Below, in pieces: positions 12,491 to 28,200 of a stretch of DNA of 64,000 nucleotides. The position numbers and the translations under genes were made by a program. The notes under the pieces were generated by a model. The model was not told the DNA's origin, did no database searches, and was given only the letters and a program-made list of their open reading frames with translations. Origin of the DNA: Phoronis australis (Eukaryota > Animalia > Phoronida); assembly GCA_002633005.1 (NCBI GenBank), contig NMRA01000529.1, forward strand, positions 237,768 through 301,767, in the 5' to 3' direction. Position 1 is the stretch's first letter; each line of letters begins with the position of its first letter.

Positions 12491-14440
12491 CACATAAACT
12501 CAGATATGACAAATTATTTTTAATATGACCAAAAATGAGCCGTTATTTTAGTTACGTCTTTAAATTAATTGCATGAAAAATCCCAACAATTTTTACATAA
12601 ATATTGAGAATTCAACATAGCCTTGATTGTCAATTTGTATCATTGCCAAAATTGATTTAGTAATTTATTTCAAACAGTACAATAAAAGACAACCAGCGTT
12701 TTCATAAGCCCGTAAATACACTGTAAATTCAGGGAACTTAGTTGGATCAGTTATTTGGGACTTTTTCGTGCAACCAGGCAATAGAGTCCTCCTATGCGTA
12801 TTATCCATTTTAACATTTAGGGATAGCACCGGTATCGCGAGTTATTTAAAATGACGTTATGCCCATGCATTTTATCAAAAACAAGTTTAGATTCGGGGTA
12901 CTTAACGTTATGAAGTTGACATTAAATTGTTCGTCAATCAAAATGCAGTTAAGTGAGTCAGTGTAGGTAACGTGTATGACTGTGTAACCAGACGCTTCAC
13001 GATTTCTGGCTCAGGCTATAAAGACGACTAATTTTCAGGCGTTAATGAGCACAGACATCACAATATCTTACTAAGTAAAAATTCAAGTCCAATTAGTGAC
13101 TAACCAAAACTGTTTCCTAATAAATCTATGGAGACTTTTTCAGAAGACTTATGCTCGCAGTGGTGGATCTAGAATACCATAATAGGGGCCCAACATTCGA
13201 AGAATGTTGTCTTGGATAATTTGACAAAGCCTGATTGTGTTTGCAGCAGAGGCCCGAAAGTTGCGGGGGCCGGTTTTTGTGACCCTCNCCCCCCCCCCGG
13301 TTCGTCTATTGCGTGCTTCAGTTACTTCCTTGTTGTACATGTAAACATACTCATGTACCTGAAATTCCAATAAGAATTGAAAGACGTGCGACGCCGTTTA
13401 CAATAACATTGCATTGTACATGTACGTATTGTACATGTATTTGCACAACCAACGGCCATTTGAGGTTGACCTCATATTATTTTAGAACAAATCCAATAGA
13501 TTCGCTGGTACATGTATCTGCCGTACACTCCCATTAGATTAAAAACGACTGGCTTCAATTCATTTTGGGGTAGTTTTTTATCCTATATTAAGTGTTCACC
13601 CAAGTTGCCGAAACAGCCGGGCTGTTGCAATCAAGGATAATACTCAGATGTGTTCGTGTAATAGCCACAACTTGAATAAATCACGATACTGAAGTTCACC
13701 ACTTTGCCTTTGATTTTGTTTTAGATACACTGTAATTGACACCTCGCTTTCGAGCGTCAAGTACATGTACACAGTTTAGAGTGCTCATATTTGGTGTTGC
13801 TGATTCATATCGTATTCGATCACGTACGCCCAAACGTGACACAATCCAAGCTTAAACTTTTGTGTTAAAATTCTGTTAAAATAATTCAAATCATGTAAAC
13901 AGAAAAGTCAGCAAAGCGTTTAACTGTGAACCTGATGGGTGCCTTTGAACTCGCATACACATTTATTATTGCTACACAACTCGTTTGATTCTATTTGGTC
14001 AGGTCAGACTGCGACTACGGTTCAAATATTGCTTTTGACTGCCGATGAATGAGTGAAGTACAGTAATTTCACCGGTTTCTATTCAAAGTAGTTTTCAATA
14101 ATCAAGATTGCTTTATTCGATCTAGTTCCTTGTTGATTCAGGTATTGGAACTGAATAATACCTTCAGAATGTGTTCCCCTGGTCTTGTTTAAACACGTCT
14201 CACCCTGTTTTAACGGACACGTGTCTGTCGATATACATGTAAAATTTTAATTTTTAAATGTTAAAACAGTTAAAAATGACACGAACATTCATTCTCAATC
14301 GTGACATATGGTGAAGCCCGTTTTCAGCTCACCCCAGAGGATGTCCGAAGTCATGGATCAACGTCAAGAGTGAGACCTTCAAACTAAAAGAAAAATATGT
14401 CTAATGTGCGTGCTGTGTCTTATGACCGGCTACAGTTTAA

Positions 14441-17400
14441 GAATGATTCCATATAAAAACCATATGAAAATGAAAAATCACTATATACTCAAAAATTCAT
14501 ACAGAGCTAATACTTTGTGCATGTGTTGGGATGCTGGCCCAAAGTATACTGCTGCAATATTTGCACTCAATGACCTTTGGTTACCGAGATATGACCTATT
14601 TGGCTATAAAGGCATATTTTGCACTTTTTCATGTCAGTAAAACTGCATTTTTTGAACGGCAAAAAATCAAGACTTGGAAAACTGGTGACAAAATTTGACA
14701 TTGATGGTCATAAAGACTCATGTAAGGTTAGTAAGAAAATGAAATTTGCAACTCATAGGTACAATTAAATTTCCAGCAGGGGAGAAAACTCCGAGACCAC
14801 TTTTCAGGTCAGTCACTAGTGGCAAGATGTTGCTTAATTTGCCTGCTATATCGGAATATATTTGAAGTTGAAATTCTCTGTGTAGACACTTCTAAGGTTG
14901 AACTTTGATAATTGCTTTTAAAAAAACTTGTCTCTTATATATTTAGAGATAAACGTGGCCCTCGAATTTGGGCATTTTTGTGATGTGGCCTTACTCTGAC
15001 TGACAAGAGAATTGAGGCTACTCTTTTAGTTTAGAGATATCACCTAAAATATATGATCTAATATCAACAATGCGATATCACAAAAAAACTTTAAATTTCA
15101 CTTTTGAGACCCCAATTTTCTAAAACACACCATGCTTTGTTTAACTTTACCAATAGCACTTTAGGGTTCGAGATTACATGCACTTCCTGTCACTGCAAAG
15201 AGTATGGAGGAATTTCCTTCTTGTACATTTGGTTAATTTTCGTTACATTGGTGTAATCGCGGAGGAAATGTGGCCTTCATTAGCTGTGTTAAAGACGCCA
15301 GAAGTCATCTGAAGTCGTGCAAAGTGCCACAGAAGTTTGAAAGTATATCGGAATTACAGCTGATTCTTGCCAGAGCTGGAGATAGGAGGCTGGACTGGCA
15401 AACCAATGGAAATGCGCTGTGATATATTTACACATCGACAAGAGTTTGGACTTGGCTTTAGACAAAAATTGACGTGCTGTTATCCAGAACACACAGCATC
15501 TTGTCAGAGGGATAAACCAGGAACAAGCAAAACAGGATCTGACGTCATTCTGCACCTCACACCAAGTTTTGGTTGTAATGGATTTTGCAATGATGAATGT
15601 TCAAACCCATCAGTTTCCGTGAGGCACAACCCGACTGGTTTGGAAAAAGGATCTCATGGCATGTGGCGGCTTGTATCCCAAAGAAAGGTGAAAGCCACCA
15701 GGTAAAAATAAATCCTCAATTAGTATTCAAGGTGTTACAAAGTAATTCTCAGATGTGCTCAATATTAAACAGAAAGCCAGTGATGAACAATGTTGTTGCC
15801 TTTACCTCTTTTTAGTATATTGATTTACTGTAACAGTACAAGATACAGGGAATTTGCACTTAATATCTAGTCTTCATCTTGCCATTTCCCAACAAAAGCT
15901 TGACAGTGATGCATTCTTTGTCTCTTAGTAGATTTTGCTCACAAACCTTCATTTTAACTGAAGCCGGCATTTTGTACTCATGGATGATTTTCATATCTTT
16001 GTGAAGGGGAAATTTCCCCCTCCCTAGAAATGTTTTGAAGGAGCTACTGATATAATAACGTGTTGAGACGAACCATGTTTGAAGTTGAGTGGTGTGATTG
16101 TGGTTTAGGTGGTAATAAGATGTAATAAGGTAGTTCTTTAAACAAGCTGACCTATTTGAGTTACATAATTGTTGTATTTCAGGTACATACTTACATCCAT
16201 ACTTTAGATGCCTGCAAACAAGACTTTTTCATTGTTTGCTGTTTAACGCTAGATGTGCTAAGGCAGGTGAAACCTAGGGATCCACAAATAACGGAAGCTC
16301 CGACAATGCCACTTGTTACCATTCAGCCGCCCTTCTGTCTCATGTGTTCTACATATCTGGTAACACCGGCATCTCCATTCTGCGCTATGACTTCAGTGAA
16401 AGTCAGAAGGGAAAAAACATCTGTGACAGGAAAATCACACCCTTGAAGTACCATGCCAAGTACTTCGTCAATGAAGGCAACAAAATGCAGTCGACCTGAA
16501 TGCGCTAGAGTCTAGAGGAGGTGTCAAAGGCTGCTATGTGTCGTCCTGTAGTGTGAATGCCCCAAAGGTCCTTCGCAAGCACAGTATCCCAGGGATAAGT
16601 TTGCTAACAAACTTTGAGTATTCCGCCGATGGCATTCGAGCATGGAAGGCCTATGGAGTAGGGGAGTTAAAACTTGTCACCAACAAATCATGTATACTGT
16701 TGCCTCTGAAAAGTCTTGACCTTGCAACACTCGAGTGTTTTACGACTCCAAGGGTTGAGTCGGGCTGGTATCCCGTGAACGTCATACGAAGTTCACATGC
16801 ACACACTATGGGTGCTCGAAATATTTTCCTACAGGTGCTGAGCTAAATGAGCACTTGGATGTTGGTGCTCATTCATCATCTCTCCAGAACGAGACTCAGT
16901 TCGACCACATTTCAAGACAATCTGATATGTTATCTACTACCACAGCTGTAACATCACCTGAGTTGTCTGCCGTTTACGTTGTTGATCAAGTCGCCGCAGG
17001 ATTGGGCCCTGAAAAGTATTAGAAAAGCGGTCCGCTTCTCTGAGAAGGTAAAGACTTAACCCAGTGATATATTTCCTGAAGGTGAACAGTCAGGCAGAAA
17101 ACAACAGCCAGCTGAGGTTGTAAAGATGATGCGAGAAGCCAGGAATAAGCAAGGAAAATTTTTCTCCTCTGAAGAGTGGCTGTCGGAGCAGCAGATTGCT
17201 GGATTTTTCTCCCGTATGGTTGCCGCGTCTCGAATCCGAAATATTCAGAATATTGAAATGCTGATGTTGCTGCTGCCCACGAGTTTGCCTCAAAGAATGA
17301 CTTGGAGCTTGAAGTCATGAATGAGTTATCATCGTAAACTGTAGGAAATTATGAACATGTTTTAGTTGTTGTCTATTCTTATGATATTGTTGTGGTCATC

Positions 17401-19168
17401 ATTATCGTAGCTAGGGGACTGGGGTCCACCCTGGGCGAAATTGGGAAACATGGAAGTTGACGCAAATTCGGGGCTTCCATGGGGGAGAGATTTGAGTGGT
17501 GGCCGTTTGGGAAAAATAATCCAAGCCACTGATGGTCAACATTGAAATCTTCTGCCACTTTTTACTTGTTTTTTTGTTTTATGTTCAGTTTGAGACTCGT
17601 AAAGCATACTTTTTACATGATTGATTCTATTGAAACTACTGAGATTTTTGTAGGAGTGATTATCTAGTTTTGAGAAACGTCTATCTTAGACATGTGTACT
17701 GAGCAAAATAAAAAGACTTTGTGTTTCAGTAGCTCTTGTTTTCTTCAAGAAAAATGCAGTTTTTTGAAGTGTTGTGTAGAAATGCATCATACACTAAACC
17801 TAGCATACCTTCAAGAAACTGTGGTTTTGAGTCGGCTGCATGAACGAAATTTACATATTGTGAAACTTTTAGCTGGTAAGTCGCAACAACACCCAATTGC
17901 TTAAATACTGGTTTGGAAAACCGGCACCATGGATATCACTGAAGGTATTATGTTTTTAATCGTAAATATCCGTACCTGTTATTTTTCTGAAATTGCAAAT
18001 GCCATTGGCGCACTGCTACCATGCTCGACCGCTTTTGTGTAGTACAAGAAGCATTGCGTGACACTTTTTATGTCCAATAACACGACACTTCTACTCGTAT
18101 CCACCGTCCTCTTTTCACTTGTGATCTCGAAGATCTTTATTAGTTTTAGTATGAACTTTGCTAATTGTTTGAGAGGACTTTTTCAAGCGAATATACAGGG
18201 ATTTGTTCAGGAGGTCTGAAAATGGACCAGCATGCACTGCAGGCAGTGCTTGGGATTCTTAGTAAATTACGGTGTTTGAAAACTGACCAAGCAATGGGTA
18301 ATGGGCACTCTTAATAAGAATAAAACCTGCTTCTCTGAAGTACGAGGTGGTGATGGGTTTGTATTATTAACTCACAAGTACATTAAACTTGATTTTTTTG
18401 ATTTCTGTAATCATATAACAAATTTTTAGTTTTGCACCAAAAAACTGAAAATCCGCGAAGAAAAAATCTCCCATACAGCTTCCCATGATCTCCTTCGTCA
18501 CTGATGTAGCAAAACGAATGATATATTTTGTTCTATTTGGCATCTTGGTCGATAGATAATTGCACAATCGAGTAGCGCCTCCTAGAGTCTTTTAATCAAA
18601 CTGACAGTCACAGACTGGCAGAAATGTGTGTAAGTGAGTTATGTAAAAAACTGACTGCACAAAAACTATGAAAGAGACAAGATTTTTTATTCTTGTGTTG
18701 GGCTGAACAAAGACAGCAGTAACAGATGGAAGTTAACTCAAGTTCCAAAAAAATCCGATATAGATTTTGGAGAGTGATAAAAACGCGTAAAAATGGCCTT
18801 AATAATAAGTAGTGAAAACGATATTTTTGTAGGCTAAAATGGGAGGACATAAAAAATCACTAAATCCATCCGAACTAGTTTTTCTTGTACGTTATTCTTT
18901 CTTCTTTCTGCTATATAGTTATTTTTTCAATAGCGTGAAGCGATGATGTGCTGTTGCTGACAAAAAGTCACCTACTTCCAAGTACTATTATTTGCTATTT
19001 TTCAGAAAACGTACAAAGTGGTCGTAAAAAGGGTTAAAAAAACTCGGAAACTCTTAAAAATTCAGGCTCGGGTTTCTTTTGACAAGGCCAGCTGATGTGC
19101 TAAGTTTCAAAAAAAATTGGTGATTTTGCATATATAGCCCACCATCTGGTTTTTATATGGAATTGCTC
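14441..19168 (+). mobile_element. Sola3-type DNA transposon, decayed
   Basis: TTAA at 14437-14440 and 19169-19172. Imperfect TIRs GAATGATTCCATATAAAAACCA / TGGTTTTTATATGGAATTGCTC. Frameshifted transposase pieces SDNATCYHS, RYDFSESQKGKNICDRK, LKYHAKYFVNEG, GGVKG and WLSEQQIAGFFSR. Confidence 0.75.
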
Positions 19169-19654
19169 TTAAAGGGTACAGTAGGTGTCACAATGTATCA
19201 TTTAGCTCAGGGTTCAATGTGGGTGAAGCTGAATAAACGACAAGGCTGAAACAGGCTCTTTTTGTTAAAAAATACTTGTCCAATTGAAACGAATAATTAC
19301 GGTTCTGAATCTCAGCGAGACAAATTCAAAGCGAAAACTAACGTTTTCCATAAACACAATTATATCTTGAAATCAAATCGATGTTGGAATGCCGTGCAGT
19401 TACCGACGAATAAAAATATATAATAGTACAACTAGTAAAACTAAAACGACGTCCGTTGGTACTAAAATATTAAAATATCCCCAAGTTCCGAGCGATGCGC
19501 TCTTTGTCAAGGGTGTGCTACAGACTGCTGAGTACATGTGGATGGATCTAAAATAAAATGGCACAGGAGACCATAGTGACATACAATAGACAACGGGAAC
19601 AATATGAACACTATAGGACCCACAACTACCTGTATTAGTGCGTAGGCCTACGTA

Positions 19655-19690
19655 TGAGAGAAAGAGGGAGAGAGAGAGAGGGAGAGAGGG
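19655..19690. repeat. (GA)n-rich microsatellite running into the assembly gap at 19691-19969
   Basis: Direct reading. Confidence 0.9.
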
Positions 19691-22600
19691 NNNNNNNNNN
19701 NNNNNNNNNNNNNNNNNNNNNNNNNNNNNNNNNNNNNNNNNNNNNNNNNNNNNNNNNNNNNNNNNNNNNNNNNNNNNNNNNNNNNNNNNNNNNNNNNNNN
19801 NNNNNNNNNNNNNNNNNNNNNNNNNNNNNNNNNNNNNNNNNNNNNNNNNNNNNNNNNNNNNNNNNNNNNNNNNNNNNNNNNNNNNNNNNNNNNNNNNNNN
19901 NNNNNNNNNNNNNNNNNNNNNNNNNNNNNNNNNNNNNNNNNNNNNNNNNNNNNNNNNNNNNNNNNNNNNAAAAAAAGGAGGGGGGAGAGTATTTTGGAAT
20001 GATAAAATATCCTTACATTGCTATCAAATTATGCATTTGTGACCACCTATTTGTAAATTTTTCCATTTGTAAATTTTTTGAATAAATATTTTTTTCACTG
20101 GAGTAATAACTGTTAATTTCTTTTGTTAATACAACTAAATTTGGAGGTTTACCCTTGAGACGTTGCTTATATAAATGGAACTTGCTGAGACACAAGATTA
20201 AATTTTGAATTGGCTGGCTTCTACATCTGTTTCCAAAGAAAACTGTAAGCACCATGTTACCTTTACGGAATTCTGCCATTGTTCTGCGGACGATAAAATA
20301 TAAAACGTACATTTCGGATTTCTATTTTGCACTACTTTATGATTCACCCATCTAATATCAAAAAACTTTGTACCCAGTATCCTAAACCAGTCGGATCGGA
20401 ACACGTTCCAGTTTTTGTGAGACCTAGAACTTTGCTTGCTCTCGTGCTGAATTTGAATTTCCATCCTTTACTTGATTTCCAAGAAATGCTACATGTGTAA
20501 GCTTTCGTGTTTTCCAACTCTAAAGAACTGTAACACTCTTCCAGGGAAAACTGGACATCTGTTTGGTTAAGCACTTTTCTCCAGAGGTAAAGCGACTCCT
20601 ATGAAACAGCTATGGTATATGCCTGAGCATTTCGTTTAAAACGCTCCTACGGCAATAGACTTTTGCATTTTTTGAAGTTTTAGACCGTGTATAATATTTT
20701 TGTGACTCAAAGTCTAACCAAACTAGTTTAATTATTTTGGGAAATTGTTGAAGAATTTTTGAAATTTAAAGAAAGTATGTGATGTCATCAGTGGAATACG
20801 TAGATCAGTTGGCAGCATATGCACTGTATACATTTTTTAAGTAACTAAGACTTAGAGAGCGAGCTTAAGGAATTTTATGAAAACAGATAAGGAGATGGAA
20901 GCAAAAACGAAACTCGGACCACAGGTGAAGCAGGCAATGAGTTAGACCCTGACAAACCTCGTATTGGCAGACTTTGCGTGTTTGAGGCCGTGTGAAATCC
21001 ACCGTCAATGGCGAATGAAGCTGAGTGGAAGCCTACAACAGTTTACGGAGAGTCCTTTTACTGAATCACAATTTAATATTCTAACCACTTACTTGTCCAG
21101 TAACATGCGTGTTGAATTGTAAATATATCCGAACTTTTTTCCATGACTCTCTTCAATTGTAAACAGCGTACACTGATTTCATTTCTACAAATACCGAGTT
21201 TATTTGGCAGGAACGTTGTTCATATCTAATTGTAGTGATGCTAACTGGATTTTCTTTCTGGTAAATAATAATAGTTTCTGACTTGCCTGTTCAAAAAATC
21301 ACGCAAGCTTTGTACCGTTGTCACTTTTCGATTATTTCGGTCCAGTGTCCGACTCCAGACTCTGCTGGCTGCTGTGGTGAACTACAGTGTTATTGGCGGG
21401 GCATCTACATCCCATTTTTACTACTGAGAATTGGTGGATATGTAGATGGCATGCATACCCACGACATTTTGAACAAGGAGAACTAGTAGAAACTTACTGA
21501 TCATAGTCATTAACTCAGTACAATTTGATGCTGATTGACAAATACAACATGTGCCTGACAACTACGTTCCCAGCAGTGGTACAGCACACTACATTTTCTC
21601 TTCATCAAATGCACTTGCACGTTGGAGAAACCTTCTGTGACGGACCGAAGCACAATTTTTGAAAACGGGATGAGCACAGCGTTCCCCCTGAACACTGGAG
21701 ATTGCTTTCTCCACGGTGTACTGCCTTACCCATGTCCAAGTCACGAATTTGACCTGTTTCTGGGCGATCTTAGGGTCTTTAGAAACTAAAGAAAAAGAGT
21801 TTGCCCAATATTTTCACTGCATCCTTCCAATCTGCAAGTTTTCATACTGTTCAGTCGAACTCAGTTTTCGAGACGTCTACAAGCGGCTGGTATAGAATAC
21901 ACTGTAACAACAAGATGGAGATCGGATCCACGGATGACGTCACACAACATTGATGTTTTTCGATTTTTGTGTTTATTTCAGATCTAGACTGTGATGCGCT
22001 ATCTTCCTGACTGGATTCAGCAATTGTGAAGAGGAAGCGTAGACGAAATTTCAATCTAAGTTTTAAGTCACTTTAATAGACCCAAGATAACCTGCTGAAT
22101 ATATTGTTTTGTTGCATCAATTCTCAAAATCTCCCTAACGATCGCCAAAGTATTAGTTTCTCTCCTTAAATATGGTATACATTTACGTGCATACTGTGGT
22201 GTGGCTGTTTCCAGCCATATCCCATGATAACCATTCATCAATTGAATGACATTCAATTAGAAACTGAAGTGTCATATATTACCAGATGCTATGTTTGGAA
22301 CCTTGTGGCATGTTGAGTGTTCTTTATACTGCTTCAATTTTTGGGGAAAGTTTGATGATCGAACGGGCCACCACGTCTAGTCGCGACAAAGGGTACCGTC
22401 AGTGCAGTCTGGGGAGTGCAATACGGAAAACAGTTCTACACTCCTGTGATTGTATTTATTAGTTCATTGTTTGCTGCAATGATTATTTTTATCTCAACCA
22501 TATTGAAATTGTTTACAGGAAGATAAGAAAGACAAATCCAAATGCATTACATTTTATTAAAAGCATGTTCTCCTTTTGCAGATATCATGCTGACAAGGAA

Positions 22601-23667
22601 AAACCTGACCTCTCCCCAAAGCCTAGTGTAACAAGAAGTTACATGTGTATCTTGGAGAATTACAATGATTTGTCAGAGAGTGTTGTTCGGAATGAACACG
22701 CAGTTTATGTTCATTACCAGTGACAAGACTCTCCGGTTGATGCATTAAATCGCTTCAACGAAACAGAAAGCCATAATAATAGCCAGTAGTGTCATTAAGT
22801 TCAAAGAGGTTTGCCATGAAGTGTTCACATTGTATACAACGATTGTACCACAAGCGCCTGTCGCAGAGACTGGAAGTGAACCTTCTCGTAGTCCATCGAA
22901 TGCAATCCCGTGCACACCCACAGAATCTAAACGTCAGCCTACCCCTGGTCCATCTTCTGCAAAGCCATTTATACCACGGAACATTCCTACGCCTAGGAAA
23001 GTAAAGCTTAAAAAGCACCTACAGTAACTGTCCAAGCCCAAGTTAACGGGTAAAAAAGAAATAACAAAGTCGCGTCAGAAACTTAAAAACAGACCTAAGC
23101 ATTCAAAAGTTTCGCAAATAAAACATCTGACTCGATGCAGATTAAACGCAAAAACGTAACTATCACTAAGAAGAACGCCCTTAAAACACTGCTTAGACAG
23201 ACTACGAATGGTCAACTCCAGAAGGAATTGACACTACTAAGAGGGAGACATAAGAAACTCAAGAGGTATACATCTTCTTAGTGTTTGGTTACTATGCTCT
23301 ATTAAACTAAAATTGAATTTTAATTCCACAGCCTTTCGTACGAATTTGATGTAATAATAGACTTATTTCTTGTAATCTGTTGGGACAATAAAGCCTCATA
23401 ATGCAATACTACCTGTAATTACCAACACAGTACTGACTGCATAGCATCAAAAATCTTAAACAGTTGGCCATTACAGGACCATTGATATTCATAGCATCAC
23501 ATCAACGTATATTTTTATTTGGTTTTTTAACACAGGTATGAAGTTGCCCTGCAAATACCATTTGTATTAGCTACGGGTTTTTATAAATTTCATTTAATAA
23601 ATAAGAATTTCATAACAAATAAATATGCATACCTAAAGTGTATATACATATATATATATATAATAAG

Positions 23668-23713
<46 letters not shown>
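23668..23713. repeat. (CA)n microsatellite
   Basis: Direct reading. Confidence 0.95.
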
Positions 23714-23717
<4 letters not shown>

Positions 23718-25007
23718 AATCTACAGTCCACATTAGGGAGACAGCATTATTTTTCATGATTAGGGGGCCAAATGAATATTTCTCATTATTGCAAATTTTT
23801 GTTCAAAAACCTGCATATATATGAGACCAGGAGTACAGGCATGAAGTTGCTTGAAATGTATAATTTTGCAGTCCCCTATTTGTTTTTATAATACATACAG
23901 ATCATTATATTAGGGGGCCCAAAATTATATATATATATATATATATCTATAAATCCGCCATCAGTGAGACCATCACCAATTTCCACTTTTCTTGCATGTC
24001 ACTGTGTATTTATATAAACGAAGAAGTCATTCAGTGTTTTAATGTTACATATTTCTTTTTAGATCTAAAAAGAGTTATATTTCACTTAAGCTCTATCTTC
24101 TGTGATATATATTTGAAATCGATGATTTCCACATGAACTGTTTGGACAGCTCGGTGGGGAGTCCATCCATATAACAAGCGATACATTCAAATGCACAAGT
24201 GTAGAAACTGACACCCGGTTGTTTAAAATTAAGTTCATTGATGATTAAGCAATGGGCGAAAAATTTGCCAAACGAATTGTGGTCATTTGGACTCACCCGA
24301 GCTATAATGTGCACATTAGGAGTGCCAGGTTTGAATGGCAAGCCAAACTAATCTTTTAAAATTGTTTGTATAAATTCATATTCCATCAAAGAGTATTACT
24401 ATATGATGCTAAAAAATATGACCATTTACTATTTGTCCGTCAGGATAGTTAATACAAGCAAAAGTAGTTTGGACCTGCAAGTGTGAGGGCATAACATATT
24501 TTATCATAATGATTAGGCACGTGTCAAATAAGTGTTTTGTGTTTAAATTGCTTGGAGAAACATGATTTCTCCGCAGTATAACTGGATCTCTAGCAAAAAT
24601 TTCCATTTATGAAAAAGGACTTTCGAAATGGTGTCATTGCGTTCTGTGCAAGGAACTGTTGAACAATTTCAACGTCAAATTTTGCAACCTTGACCATACT
24701 TTCATTGCGCGTGCACTCTCAATTCATCTCTGCTTAAATGTATCAGAGTTTGAACCACATTAGATTAGCTATAGTAAACACTAATCCACAAGATGGCATT
24801 AGTTTAGCCTAGGAACTGAGTCATTGATGAATACGTATCCCGGCCTTGGTCAAGTACATGTAGGTTGCTGTAAACTGTTGAGGATAGTCAAGAACTAAGT
24901 AATTTGTGGGTCCTCCTATAGGTCCAACTATCTTGCAAAGTCTTTGCAAAGAACTGTTCATCCCGACTTGACAACCTAATTAGTGACCCCTGATTCATGC
25001 CCCACCA

Positions 25008-25261
25008 TCATACAGTATCTTCCACTGTCGAACTATACACGTAAGAGGATGTGGTCTCCGAAAATAGTGCTCGTTGAGTTCCACCCGCCTGCTGTTTCTT
25101 TCTGCAAAATAGGCCCCGCCAGGCACTGCGCACTTGTTTCTCACGTACGTTAAAGAATATGAATATAAAGAAGACTTGCAGTGAATTACATATGCAGAAG
25201 ACGTACTGGAATGCAAGACGAGCTCCGTTAATGGCAAGAAATCCAAACACCCAAGTGAGTC
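25008..25261 (-). CDS. aGPCR last coding exon: TM6 end, TM7, C-tail, stop
   Basis: GLTWVFGFLAINGARLAFQYVFCICNSLQVFFIFIFFNVREKQVRSAW...TVEDTV*. Acceptor ttccag, phase 1. Confidence 0.93.
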
Positions 25262-28200
25262 CTGGAACGAGAAAAAGCAAAAAAATTACTGTCGTTAGCC
25301 AAATGCTAGTGAATTAAACAAACACAACGATTCACAAAGTAAAGTGCCCACTGCTCTCTTCTTTGGAAATGTGGAGATACGGTACTCAGAGAACAAACCA
25401 GTAATAAAACTGGACATTCATTTGGTTGCAACTGTGTTACTGGCAAAAGGTAGAGGCCCTTACACTAAATGCCTGCTATGATGCAGGACCCCTTGTAACA
25501 CGAAGGCTGCCTTGAATTTCTTGTCAAACTAAGAAGGGATCAAAGGATTATCTTCACTACGATGAGCAATGTAGTCGAATCTCCCACTTCTGGGGATTGT
25601 TCTGCTTTTTGAAGATTTGTCAACCGGCGTCCTGCCACTGACACCATACAAAGGTCCCACTTGTTGGTACAGGCCGGAATTGATTTATCACAATCCACGT
25701 TGCCATATTTTCCCGTTGTACTAAGAACTTTGTCACGTACTTCCCCAATTTGAAAACCCACCCATTGCACGTAGCCGTCCAGGTTTCTTTCATTTCGCAC
25801 AGATCCCTCCTATACTACAAAGTATTCGGTTATGAATGAGACAGCATCAAGTTAAGCTTGAACAACCTCTCTGGGTTTGGTTCGCGCGTGTTAAACATCG
25901 CTCTTATCTAGCTTTACGAAACATTGATTCTACTTCTGTTTTGTATTATTTTGGGCTTAATTTGTCTTAATTGTAAACATACATCAGTAATTAGTTATTG
26001 AAGCATCAAATCCACCCATGAATAGGAAAGTTATGACCTTTGATAGGCTTGAATGCAAGTCTTCCAATACACTGTGCAAAAACACGTAACTCACATGCAA
26101 TTACATGAAGCTGCTACCAGTGTGTTTGATATTGCCTCCGGCGAATCATTAGAAAACAACCTCACGCAATATGTCTCTTGGTGACTCATGTACCTAGCGC
26201 ACTCAACGAATATAAAATGCTACTGGATCGTTTTTGTGTGTTTCGCCAGACAATTCAAGCTTGCGTTTTGGCCTTGACCTACATGTATGTATGTACGTCC
26301 TGTTTTTTCAAACAATGTCTTCGGTGTTTTTTAATTGGGAAATGTTGGCAACTATGAATGACTCGGAAATAATTTCAAAAATTGTAAAATCAGAAGTGGC
26401 CAGTGATGGAGTTTGAATTCAGATCAGATACAGATCCTGGCCATCCACTTCATGAGGACTCTGGTTTTGTTAAAATATATAGTATCATGTAGAATTAACC
26501 ACTGATATATACCTATGGGACTGTCGTTTTCAACCTTGTAACACCAAAGGTTTACCTTTGAGCTATTAACAATTACAAAAATGAACGACAAAAGCTTAAC
26601 ATAAACCTAGACCGATTGCGTCATTTCCACTGACTATGTGTCGACCCTATATTGGTTCCTAGGTCGACCATACCTACCCATCAATACTAGAGTAGACATC
26701 GCCGCGTACAGATGTAAGATGGCGATTTTACGTTCAGACTGGTTCACTGATAAACGAGTATTTCTCGCGCACGAGAGCCCGCGCATCACAAGAATGAAGA
26801 CGACTGTGTTGGTTGCTATGATGGTGCACACCGGAATCAAGAATCCGTAGTAAAAAAGCTCACGTGACAACCAGCAACTGAAACATGTAATCAAGGTTGC
26901 TCTTAATAAGAACAAGAAATGTCATATTCTGACGAAATTTGATGCAAGACTAACTTTGCCTTTGTTTCCACGTAAATGCTCTTCCACCCTATCATTCAAG
27001 ACTTTGCTTTGAAAGAATGTGAGCATTCTCACGACGTTATAAGTCCTAGTCGTAACTTAACAGAATTTGAACATTCTCAAGACATAACATGTTCTAGTCG
27101 TAACTTAAAAGCTATGCTTAAACCACATCACTTACTAGTCTTTACCGCCATACAGGTTGGGGTTGACTGCTAACGGCGTGACAACGCACAGCAAGGGAAC
27201 TCCTGTGGGCAATCAAATACGGCTAAGTATGCAACATGTGAATTTATTAAAATGATAATAATTGATACAATTGCTTAACAATTAATGCATTCTTCACGAT
27301 TATGTAGCTCTGCTTATTTCAAATTAATAGTTTAACATATATGATTCAAGGTCTACATTAAGGGCTTGTCTGCTTGTTTCATAACAAACGAAGCTGTTTC
27401 TTTTTGAGATGTCCTTATCAACATGACTTTTTTACGAATACATCCTTCTTTGAAACACACAAATGGCGGATTAAAAAAGTGTTTTGAATCGTTTTATTTT
27501 CCAGCATTTATACAGTATATCCGTATCAGTTCAGAAGGTTCGTGTCTTCATCTACCCCATGCGGTAAGGCTTGTACAGGTCAATATGTGATGTGAACTGA
27601 CTGCATCCGCGATATGTATGCGACTAAACTGTGTACAATTGCAGCATACAAATCTCTTTGAGATTCTAAATTGCTTTTTGACCAACTGAATAGCCATCCT
27701 ACATGTAACTGAATAGCCATCCTACATGAAACTGGCGTTCACCTAAAGATGTATTACAGTTTTGTTGCCTTGGGTCTCCATTTCCCGAAAGAAATAAACT
27801 TTACTGCGAAATCTGAACACTGCACATTACAGACAATGTTTCTCGAAGTCACCTGAAGCCCCTATGAGGTACAGTACATCACCTGTCCACAGACTTCTGC
27901 TGAAAAAATGTTGTCGCGCTTCCTTGATTCGCTGCTACTTAAGCTGCAACATGTATGCATTTCATGAAGGTGCTCTCTCAGTTTTATGGCAAGAATCGTA
28001 TGCACTTTTTTACACGCAGTTTAAATAGCGCCGCGGAGAAAAGCCTGCATCGATACGTTTTAAGAGACATGTTTGTAAATCTGACATTAACGCTGCGGCT
28101 TTTCGTTTCCCTGACCAACAACTTTGGATTTCACGAGCTTTTTTATCCTAAAGGATGGACATTTTTCCCAGAAAACGATCTTGAAATTCAAGCATGGAGC

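Noticed and set aside
14441-19168. piggyBac assignment for the TTAA-flanked elements
   Set aside because: Termini are GAG/AG-type rather than CC(C/T), and the protein remnants fit Sola3 and Kolobok instead.
21283-24341. Short ORFs including a Pro-rich one at 22821-23027 and one at 24093-24341
   Set aside because: No recognisable domain or consistent splice structure. Probably decayed TE or UTR sequence that I cannot classify.
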